From IMG/VR virus record IMGVR_UViG_3300008262_000183: DNA of 64,000 nucleotides. One strand, written 5' to 3'. The notes under the pieces are model-generated. The model saw only the letters and a program-made list of their open reading frames with translations, made no database searches and was not told where the DNA came from. Position 1 is the stretch's first letter. Each line of letters starts with the position of its first letter. Positions 1-7,944 of the stretch are shown piece after piece. The DNA is from an uncultured virus (IMG/VR IMGVR_UViG_3300008262_000183). Its lineage: Duplodnaviria > Heunggongvirae > Uroviricota > Caudoviricetes. The position numbers and the translations under genes were made by a program.

Positions 1-1077
1 AAGAAAAATTTTGTTGTGGTATCTGATGGTAATAAAATACCAATAATACCAAAAATATTGACAATACAAAGATGGGCTCAGATAATGAATACTTGGGAAT
101 TTTCAGATTCTGATGGTAATTTACAGGTTCCATTTGTTGGTGTGATTAGGAGACCGGATGTTCAACCAGGTACAAATCCATCAATTATTAGAACTATTCC
201 CGAAAGATTACAGTTTCATTATGCTTCTGTCGCAACATGGAACGGAACACAAATGGGGGCGGATATATATAAAATACCACAACCTGTACCAGTTGACATT
301 ACATTTGACGTGACGATAGTTTGTACTAAACTTAGAGAATTAAATAGATTTAATAAAATTGTACTTCAGAAATTTGCATCAAGACAGGCGTACACAATAG
401 TAAAGGGGCATTATGTACCAATTATTATGGATAAGGTTGAAGATAATTCTCCAATAGATCAATTGGATGGACGTAGATTTTATTCTCAAAACTATTCGTT
501 TACTATGTTAGGATTTTTAATTGATCAGGAAGAATTTGAGGTAAAACCCGCTGTTAGTAGATTTTTCCTATTAAATGAGTTTGCTAAAGGAACAAATTAT
601 CAAAAAAAATATATTAATAAAACAATTGATATAACGGTAGCAACATTTACTGCCGATGGTATGCAGACACAGTTTAGTGTTGGTGAAAGTATTGGTATTT
701 TGTTTAATGTTTCTATAAATGGTTTGTTGCAAGAGAGAGATATTGACTTTTTCCATATTGCTGGTACATCAAAAATAACATTCCCAACACCACCACTTGA
801 GGGGGATATAATTACTATAACTTATTATAAGGGAAGAAATAGCGTCTTTATAGATAACTACGGAAAACCGGTTCAAGTTGCAACAGAAAACTTTGTTTAT
901 AATGGGACAACTCTTGCTTTTACAACGATGAACGCAATTGATAGTGTTGTTTCGTTAGATATCAATGGTCTTGTTGAGGAAGAGGGTGTTGGGTTTAACG
1001 TTTCTGGTCAAGCGGAAATTACATTATCTTCAGCACCAGCATTAAACTCTAAAATAGGTGTGACTTACCTATATTAA
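1..1077 (+). CDS. Tail completion/terminator-like virion protein with C-terminal beta-rich repeats (5' partial)
   Basis: The frame is open from the window start. PQPVPVDITFDV and YSQNYSFTMLG resemble myovirus tail-completion proteins. It lies directly upstream of the sheath. Confidence 0.55.
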   Translation, partial: KKNFVVVSDGNKIPIIPKILTIQRWAQIMNTWEFSDSDGNLQVPFVGVIRRPDVQPGTNPSIIRTIPERLQFHYASVATWNGTQMGADIYKIPQPVPVDITFDVTIVCTKLRELNRFNKIVLQKFASRQAYTIVKGHYVPIIMDKVEDNSPIDQLDGRRFYSQNYSFTMLGFLIDQEEFEVKPAVSRFFLLNEFAKGTNYQKKYINKTIDITVATFTADGMQTQFSVGESIGILFNVSINGLLQERDIDFFHIAGTSKITFPTPPLEGDIITITYYKGRNSVFIDNYGKPVQVATENFVYNGTTLAFTTMNAIDSVVSLDINGLVEEEGVGFNVSGQAEITLSSAPALNSKIGVTYLY

Positions 1078-1232
1078 TCTTCATCATATAAATCTGTTTT
1101 TTTGATTTTGCAGTTTGCTTCAATCAACTTCTCAATAAATTTATAGATTTTTAATCCGTTTTTTTCACAGTGCTTTTTTAACATTTCATGATGTTTTTCA
1201 CTGATTTTTATGTTTTTGTTATTGTTTTCCAT
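1074..1232 (-). CDS. Small ribbon-helix-helix DNA-binding protein (52 aa, not in the ORF track)
   Basis: Manual translation gives MENNNKNIKISEKHHEMLKKHCEKNGLKIYKFIEKLIEANCKIKKTDLYDED, a strand-helix-G-helix RHH pattern. A TATTTAT motif lies on the minus strand at 1241-1247. Confidence 0.7.
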   Translation of the reverse strand: MENNNKNIKISEKHHEMLKKHCEKNGLKIYKFIEKLIEANCKIKKTDLYDED

Positions 1233-1314
1233 ACTAAAGTATAAATAAAGATAAAAAAGGATAAAATACTATCTAAATACAAAAAATTGAGGAAATCTTT
1301 GCTAAAAACAAAGA

Positions 1315-1321
1315 TATTTAT
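1315..1321 (+). promoter_or_regulatory. TATTTAT putative late promoter (one example of a recurring motif)
   Basis: The same heptamer precedes many structural genes: 4371, 5930, 7922, 18849, 28636, 30983, 37947, 49954, 50641, 51083, 62072. Confidence 0.6.
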
Positions 1322-1358
1322 TTGATAAGAATAAAAATTTTTAACCAAACATTTATCA

Positions 1359-4172
1359 ATGGCAAATTCAAACAGAATTTTCGTTTCTCCGGGTGTATAT
1401 ACATCAGAGAAAGATTTATCATTCGTGGCACAGAGTGTTGGAGTTACGACACTTGGTTTAGTTGGCGAGACTTTAAAAGGACCAGCGTTTGAACCTATAC
1501 TAATTTCTAACTTTGACGAATTTAAAACATATTTTGGAGGTACATCACCAACAAAAGACGGTGCTGGTAACCCTAAATATGAATTACCATATGTTGCAAA
1601 ATCATATTTGCAAGAATCAAATCAATTGTTCGTAACAAGAGTACTTGGTTTAACTGGCTATATGGCCGGTAACACATATGGAATCAAAACATTAGGTGGG
1701 GTATCAGTAAATTTAAATGCAACACCAACATCAACAGGTGGAACAATTGATCCTACAGATATGGCTAATGGCGATTTCTATTCTGATTTAACAGGAAAGA
1801 CATCTACAGAAGGTACTTCTGTTGTATCATTTATATCTGGAAGAACCTATAGTCACAATAACTGGTTTACAATTGGACAAGTTCCAACCAGTTCAACCAG
1901 TTCATTAACGGGTACACAACTTTCGTCACCAATCGGATCAAACAATAATAAAAACTGGTACAATACATATTTTACAAAAACAGGCGCAACTGATTCAACA
2001 ATTGATGGTGTGTACTCATATTTGTTTGTGTATTCAACCGGTACTACAGAATTTACAGTAACAAGATTCAAATATAGTGCATCTTTAAATCAGGATTATG
2101 CCGATAAGGTTGTATTAGCTTTAAGATCAAGAGGCTCTTATGCTTCTGAGGTTTTAACACAAAGAGTTACGGGAAGTACAGCTGTACAAATTACAGGTAC
2201 ATCAATTGATGTAAACCCACTATCAGATTTTACATTATCAGTAACTGATATTGATTCTAATGTGAAAACGTTTAATTGTTCATTAGATTCAAGCTCAACA
2301 AAATATGTAACAAAAGTTATTGGTAGTGATGTTTTTGATAAAGATAAATTGGCTTTCCCAGTTTATGTTCATGAAGCATATCCTAATTTAGTTGCAAACT
2401 TATTTGAGCAAGGATTGATTAGAGGTTTAAGTACCACAGAAGTTGTTGTTGACGATGATGATAATTTCACAACTCAATGGGATACTGCGGCTTCTTCAAC
2501 AGTTGTTTCTGAAGTTAGAGGTGGTATTGTTTCTGATTTATTTAATATTTTAACAATATCAGATGGCGAAGCATCTAACTTCAATGTTAAAGTTACAATT
2601 CAAAATATTGATTTGGAAACTGGTGAATTTGATCTTATTGTTAGAGATTTCAATGATACTGATGAAAATCAAGTTGTATTAGAGAAATTTACTAGATGTT
2701 CAATGAATCCAGATGTACCTGGATATATCGCTAGAAAAGTTGGTACATCTGATGGAGAATATGAATTAAGATCTAAACATATTATGTTGGTTATGGCTTC
2801 AGACCATCCAACAGACGCTGTTCCTGCTGGTTTTAAAGGATTTACAACAACTAATAATATTGGTGGTGTGACCTTCAAAACAAAATACTATGATGCTGGA
2901 GACACATTATATTATGCTGCTAGCGGAGCTGCAGTAACAACAAACGGTGATAAAGTTAGAAAGGTAACTTTAGGTTTTTCAACAAGTGATCATTTTGAAT
3001 ATGATAGAGATATGTTGAAGTTTAAAGGAACTGGAGCATCACAAGCGACATTTGGATTCCACTTATCGACAAATGCTTCAACAATTACTGGATCAACAGG
3101 TAACTATTTGTATAAAACAACAGCATATAATTTAGAAGGTACTGATAAAGGTAAATTGAACACAGTTGCAAACCGTAAATTTACAATGCCAGTATTTGGC
3201 GGATTTGATGGTTGGGATATTTACAGAAATACAAGAACATATGGTGATTCTTATATTTTTGGTAAAACAACATACACTGCCGGTGTAAACGCAGGTGTGT
3301 TTAATGCACAGGTGGGTAATTCAGATTACTATGCTTACTTAGCAGGTATTGAAACATTTGCTAATCCAGAAGCAGTTGATATTAACTTATTTGCAACACC
3401 AGGTATTGATTGGTACAACAACAGTTCTTTGGTAACACAAGCAGTTGATATTATTGAAAATGATAGAGCCGACTCGTTATATGTGATCAACTCTCCTAAT
3501 TTCACTACAGCTGATGAGGCAATCGGAGGTTTGGAAGATTTAGGGTTTGATTCTAACTACTCAGCAACTTACTGGCCTTGGATTCAAGTAAGAGATACTG
3601 ATAATGCAACACAACTTTTCATACCACCAACAGGTGAAGTTTTAAAAAATATTGCATTAACAGATAACGTTTCTTATCCATGGTTCGCTCCAGCAGGTTA
3701 TTCAAGAGGTTTAGTTAATGCTATCAAAGCACAAAAGAAACTTACTTTGGACGAAAGAGATAGTCTTTACAAAGCAAGAATTAACCCAATTGCAACATTC
3801 TCTGATACAGGTACAATTATCTGGGGTAATAAAACACTTCAAGTTAGAGAATCAGCACTTGATAGAATCAACGTAAGAAGATTGCTATTGAGAGCAAGAA
3901 AGTTAATTTCTGCTGTTGCTGTGAGATTATTGTTTGAACAAAACGATGAACAAGTAAGACAAGAATTCTTAAGATTGGTTAATCCAATTCTTGAATCAAT
4001 AAAGAAAGAAAGAGGTTTGTTTGATTTCCGTGTAACGGTATCTAATGATCCAGAAGACATCGATGCTAACACATTGAGAGGTAAGATTTATGTTAAACCA
4101 ACAAGAGCATTAGAATTCATTGATGTTGAGTTTATCATAACTCCAACTGGAGCTTCTTTTGAAAATATTTAA
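1359..4172 (+). CDS. Contractile tail sheath protein
   Basis: N-terminal SPGVY..E.D. C-terminal YWPW, PWFAPAG..RG, INPI, IWGNKTL, RINVRRL, LFEQND and IYVKPTRALEFI. Confidence 0.95.
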   Translation: MANSNRIFVSPGVYTSEKDLSFVAQSVGVTTLGLVGETLKGPAFEPILISNFDEFKTYFGGTSPTKDGAGNPKYELPYVAKSYLQESNQLFVTRVLGLTGYMAGNTYGIKTLGGVSVNLNATPTSTGGTIDPTDMANGDFYSDLTGKTSTEGTSVVSFISGRTYSHNNWFTIGQVPTSSTSSLTGTQLSSPIGSNNNKNWYNTYFTKTGATDSTIDGVYSYLFVYSTGTTEFTVTRFKYSASLNQDYADKVVLALRSRGSYASEVLTQRVTGSTAVQITGTSIDVNPLSDFTLSVTDIDSNVKTFNCSLDSSSTKYVTKVIGSDVFDKDKLAFPVYVHEAYPNLVANLFEQGLIRGLSTTEVVVDDDDNFTTQWDTAASSTVVSEVRGGIVSDLFNILTISDGEASNFNVKVTIQNIDLETGEFDLIVRDFNDTDENQVVLEKFTRCSMNPDVPGYIARKVGTSDGEYELRSKHIMLVMASDHPTDAVPAGFKGFTTTNNIGGVTFKTKYYDAGDTLYYAASGAAVTTNGDKVRKVTLGFSTSDHFEYDRDMLKFKGTGASQATFGFHLSTNASTITGSTGNYLYKTTAYNLEGTDKGKLNTVANRKFTMPVFGGFDGWDIYRNTRTYGDSYIFGKTTYTAGVNAGVFNAQVGNSDYYAYLAGIETFANPEAVDINLFATPGIDWYNNSSLVTQAVDIIENDRADSLYVINSPNFTTADEAIGGLEDLGFDSNYSATYWPWIQVRDTDNATQLFIPPTGEVLKNIALTDNVSYPWFAPAGYSRGLVNAIKAQKKLTLDERDSLYKARINPIATFSDTGTIIWGNKTLQVRESALDRINVRRLLLRARKLISAVAVRLLFEQNDEQVRQEFLRLVNPILESIKKERGLFDFRVTVSNDPEDIDANTLRGKIYVKPTRALEFIDVEFIITPTGASFENI

Positions 4173-4178
4173 TAAAAA

Positions 4179-4202
4179 GGGTGAGTTGGAAACAGCTCAC
4201 CC
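4179..4202. terminator. GC-rich hairpin after the sheath, with a U-tract only on the minus strand
   Basis: GGGTGAGTTG-GAAA-CAGCTCACCC, preceded by AAAAA (4174-4178). Confidence 0.6.
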
Positions 4203-4219
4203 AAAATAAAAATTTGTAA

Positions 4220-4306
4220 TTAGAATATTAGAACTTAGTTAATTAGTATATTAGAAATTTAGTATTTTAGTAGATTAGTTATTTAGTATTTTAGTAAACT
4301 AGTATA
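4220..4306. repeat. Degenerate tandem array of TTAG boxes with 8-bp period (11 units)
   Basis: TTAG at 4220, 4228, 4235, 4243, 4251, 4259, 4267, 4275, 4283 and 4291, CTAG at 4299, with AT-rich spacers. Confidence 0.85.
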
Positions 4307-4412
4307 CTACTTGCAAAAAGCTAAGGAAAAAAAATGACAAAGTCAAATAATTAAAAAAAATATTTGACAATATTTATAAAGAGAATAAAAGAAAAAACAT
4401 AATTCAAATACA

Positions 4413-4901
4413 ATGGCAGATTTACTAATGAAAATGCCGGTTCCATATGAACCGAAAAGAAAAAATAGATTTATACTTAGATTCCCGTCTTCTTTGGGTA
4501 TCAATGAGTGGTATGTAACATCTACCTCTAGACCAAGTGCTAAAATCAATGCAACAGAAATTCCGTTTTTAAACACGTCAACCTATGTTGCTGGTAGATT
4601 TACTTGGGAAGAGATCAAAGTTACATTTAAAGACCCAATTGGTCCATCTGCTTCGCAAGCATTGATGGAATGGTTCCGTTTACATGCTGAATCTGTAACA
4701 GGTAGAATGGGTTATGCAGCTGGATATAAGAAAAACGTAGAACTTGAAATGTTAGACCCAACCGGAGTTGTGGTTGAAAAGTGGATTTTAGAAGGTTGTT
4801 TCTTAAGTAGCTTAAACTTTGGTGAATTGAACTATTCTGAAGATGCTTTAGCTTCAATTGATGCTTCATTAAGAATGGATAGATGTATTCAAGTTTATTA
4901 A
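4413..4901 (+). CDS. Tail tube protein (T4 gp19-like)
   Basis: EPKRKNRF, YVAGRFTWEEI.VTF.D and LEMLDPTG.VVEKW.LEGCF. It follows the sheath. Confidence 0.9.
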   Translation: MADLLMKMPVPYEPKRKNRFILRFPSSLGINEWYVTSTSRPSAKINATEIPFLNTSTYVAGRFTWEEIKVTFKDPIGPSASQALMEWFRLHAESVTGRMGYAAGYKKNVELEMLDPTGVVVEKWILEGCFLSSLNFGELNYSEDALASIDASLRMDRCIQVY

Positions 4902-4925
4902 TTTTTTAAATTTATATTTTTTACC

Positions 4926-4957
4926 AACCCATCTCTTTCTAAGAGGTGGGTTTTTTA
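4926..4957 (+). terminator. Intrinsic terminator
   Basis: AACCCATCTCTT-TCT-AAGAGGTGGGTT followed by a T-run. Confidence 0.8.
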
Positions 4958-4987
4958 TTTAATTGATTTTCAATTAGTTATAACCAT

Positions 4988-5003
4988 GTTTCCACGTGGA
5001 ACA
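4988..5003. promoter_or_regulatory. parS-like palindrome
   Basis: GTTTCCACGTGGAACA matches TGTTCCACGTGGAACA at 14/16 positions. It is intergenic. Confidence 0.6.
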
Positions 5004-5061
5004 ATGTTTTATTGATTTTTAAATAAATTATACTTATATTTTATAAAACAAATTATACAAC

Positions 5062-5802
5062 ATGGACAATTTTGACCCAACAATATCATACGATGTCGTT
5101 CAGCTACCTTCTCAGGGAATACATTATTCAAATGGAAAAAAATCATTAAGAGTAGCGTACCTAACCGCTGCTGATGAAAATATCTTAATGTCTCCAAATT
5201 TGATTCAATCTGAAACAGTTATTGAAGAACTATTAAGAAGAAAAATCTTAGATAAAGAAATTTCTTTAGATGATTTGGTTGAAGAGGATAAGCAAGCTAT
5301 TTTAATATTTTTAAGAAATACAGCATTTGGTAGTGAATATACTGTAAGCTTAACAGATCCAGTAACTAAAAAACAATTCGATGCCCAATTAGATTTATCT
5401 GTATTGAAGGTTAAAGACTTCAAGTTAGAAAAAGACTCAAATGGTGAATATACTTTTTTGTTACCTATTACTAAAAAAAATGTGACATTTAAATTTTTAA
5501 CAAATACACAAGAAAAAGAATTACAAAGTATTAAAGAATCTGGAACAAATGCTGTTATACCAATAAACACAAAAAGACTTGAAATGATGATTAAGTCTGT
5601 TGATGGCCAGAGGGACCAAATGGCGATATATCAGTTTATTCAAAATTTACCAATTAAAGATTCTCAAGAATTTAAAAAATTTGTATCTCAAAATAAACCA
5701 GGTTTAGACCTAATAGTTGATGTAATCGCCCCGTCAGGAGAAAAAGTCCCAGTAATGGTTGACTTTGGGGTGGAATTTTTTCGTCCCTTCTATGGTATAT
5801 AA
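5062..5802 (+). CDS. Tail assembly chaperone / baseplate hub assembly protein (T4 gp26-like)
   Basis: LPSQG, YLTAADENIL, D..AILIFLRNTAFG..Y and C-terminal FGVEFFRP. It lies between the tube and tape measure genes. Confidence 0.7.
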   Translation: MDNFDPTISYDVVQLPSQGIHYSNGKKSLRVAYLTAADENILMSPNLIQSETVIEELLRRKILDKEISLDDLVEEDKQAILIFLRNTAFGSEYTVSLTDPVTKKQFDAQLDLSVLKVKDFKLEKDSNGEYTFLLPITKKNVTFKFLTNTQEKELQSIKESGTNAVIPINTKRLEMMIKSVDGQRDQMAIYQFIQNLPIKDSQEFKKFVSQNKPGLDLIVDVIAPSGEKVPVMVDFGVEFFRPFYGI

Positions 5803-5923
5803 AAAGCATCAAATAGATGCGATACTTTTTCTTTTAAGTAAGGGGTTTACATATAGGGATATTTTAATATTACCAATTCACGAAAGAAATAACATTATAA
5901 CTGCTTTAATAGAAAATAGTTGA
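5792..5923 (+). CDS. Small ORF (43 aa), probable frameshift extension of the chaperone
   Basis: MVYKKHQIDAILFLLSKGFTYRDILILPIHERNNIITALIENS lies in the +1 frame and overlaps the end of the upstream gene. Confidence 0.65.
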   Translation: MVYKKHQIDAILFLLSKGFTYRDILILPIHERNNIITALIENS

Positions 5924-5954
5924 TAAAGCTATTTATTAGATATACTATTATATA

Positions 5955-7904
5955 ATGGCAGATTCTAAATCACAATTTTACGACTATTTAACCAGAACGC
6001 TAGGTGTTGAGCCTGGCGATGCAACTCAAGCGGCTAATAGATATGAACAAGCATTAAATGAAGTTCGTAGAAGCGCCACGTCCTCATCTTCATCTTCTTC
6101 GTCTTCTTCATCAAGTTCTCTTGCTGCGGCATTAGGAGCTGGATTTATAGACCAACAAGTTGGTAAAATAGGTAGAATTAGTACTGATACTGGTACAAAA
6201 ATAATAGATGCAATAAAAAACAGTGCAAGTCTCAACCCTCTTAAAATCGCTTCTGGAATATTTGATGGCTTATTAAGGGGTACTGAGGCAATATTGAAAG
6301 ATGTTGCAACTATTGACAAAGAACTTATTGAAAGAACTAGGGGCGCTGGTGGATATGTTGGGGCTATTGCTACAGGAATGGGCGAGTCGATTAGACTTGC
6401 GATGTATGACGCACAACAATATGGTGTTGCTACGAATGAAACTCTTGAAGCTTCAGAATCTATGATGAAGGCTTCGGAAAGAATGTCAATTTATAATCAA
6501 CAAACCATTTCTGATGCCATGGTTGCATCTTTAGCGTTTACAACAAGTTCAGGAAAAATATTAGAAAATGTTGAAAATTTTAGAAATGTTGGTATTGGTT
6601 TAGATGGTGCAGCAAAATCTATAACAGAAATAGGTTCAAGATCTGTAGCTCTAGGATTAAGTGCAAAAGCCACTTCAGAAGAATTAGTAAAACAAATAGG
6701 TAATTTAAACAAATACGGTTTCCAAAATGGTATAAAAGGGTTAGGTAAAATGGTTCAAGAAGCGCAATCTTTAAAAATCAATATGGATGAAATTTTTAGA
6801 GTTGCTGATGATTTATTTGATCCCGATAAAGCTATTAATTTATCAGCTAATTTACAGGTTGTTGGAGGTGCTGTTGGTGATTTAGCAGATCCCATTAAAC
6901 TAATGTATGATGCAACTAATAACGTTGAATCTTTACAAACAAGTATTATTGGGGCCGCTAGAAGTTTAGCAACATATAACGCAGAACAAGGTAGATTTGA
7001 AGTTACTGGTGCTAACTTGAGAAGAGCAAAAGCAATGGCAGAAGCACTTGGCATATCAATGGGAGAATTAACAAACATGGCGGTTAAAGGTGCTGCTAAA
7101 TTTGAAGCAATGAGTGAGCTTGACATGTTTCCTAGTTTAACTGAAGACCAAAAGGAATTTGTTTCAAATATTGCAACAATTAAGGACGGTAAAGTTGGTT
7201 TTGATATTCCAAAAAATATAACCGATAAAATGGGGTTAACAAATATTCAAGATGGGTTTGTTAGTTTAAGTGATTTATCTGATGATCAAGTAGTTTTATT
7301 ACAAAAATTACAAGAGAGCGCAGATAATGAAAAACCAATAGATATCGCAAGAAACCAATTCAATGAAACAACAAAAATACTTAATGTTGCTACAGCAATT
7401 TATTTACAAATATTGGAAGGGCAAAGGAAAGGCCCACTTGGCCAAGCTTACTATGATGGACTAAAAAGAACTTCTGAGATTATGGAGAAATTAAATCCAA
7501 CAACTCAAAGTGGTGCTGAAATGTTTAACACATTTACGAATGAAATTGGAAAACAAGTTAACATGAGCCCAGATCAAATTCAGAAAGAAATAGAAAAATA
7601 CATAAGTCCAGAAATGTTGGAGTTTTTTCAAAATGCGAAAGAAAAGGTTATAAATGCCCCAGATGAAATTAATTTACCTGAAATGTATGAGAGGTTAAAA
7701 AGAGAAATACAACCAATTGCTGAACCTCTAATAGATAAAGGTAAAGAATTCTTAAGAGAGATGGGTATAACAGTAAAAGTTGATTTGAATAGTAGTAGCC
7801 CAGAATTGGCTGAGGTATTTGTTGCAGAAATAAATAAAAATCCACGATTAAGATCAGATTTAGCACAAAGCATTTTCGGTAATAAGAAAGAGTTTGTTGC
7901 GTAA
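5955..7904 (+). CDS. Tape measure protein
   Basis: A helical, Ala/Gly-rich 649 aa protein downstream of the tube and chaperone genes, with a poly-Ser run near the N-terminus. Confidence 0.7.
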   Translation: MADSKSQFYDYLTRTLGVEPGDATQAANRYEQALNEVRRSATSSSSSSSSSSSSSLAAALGAGFIDQQVGKIGRISTDTGTKIIDAIKNSASLNPLKIASGIFDGLLRGTEAILKDVATIDKELIERTRGAGGYVGAIATGMGESIRLAMYDAQQYGVATNETLEASESMMKASERMSIYNQQTISDAMVASLAFTTSSGKILENVENFRNVGIGLDGAAKSITEIGSRSVALGLSAKATSEELVKQIGNLNKYGFQNGIKGLGKMVQEAQSLKINMDEIFRVADDLFDPDKAINLSANLQVVGGAVGDLADPIKLMYDATNNVESLQTSIIGAARSLATYNAEQGRFEVTGANLRRAKAMAEALGISMGELTNMAVKGAAKFEAMSELDMFPSLTEDQKEFVSNIATIKDGKVGFDIPKNITDKMGLTNIQDGFVSLSDLSDDQVVLLQKLQESADNEKPIDIARNQFNETTKILNVATAIYLQILEGQRKGPLGQAYYDGLKRTSEIMEKLNPTTQSGAEMFNTFTNEIGKQVNMSPDQIQKEIEKYISPEMLEFFQNAKEKVINAPDEINLPEMYERLKREIQPIAEPLIDKGKEFLREMGITVKVDLNSSSPELAEVFVAEINKNPRLRSDLAQSIFGNKKEFVA

Positions 7905-7944
7905 TATTTTTTTATTTTATCTATTTATTAAGTAAAAGAATAGG

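Noticed and set aside
6079..6118. TCN microsatellite / poly-Ser in the tape measure gene as a phase-variation tract
   Set aside because: It uses mixed Ser codons in frame, so it is a low-complexity linker.
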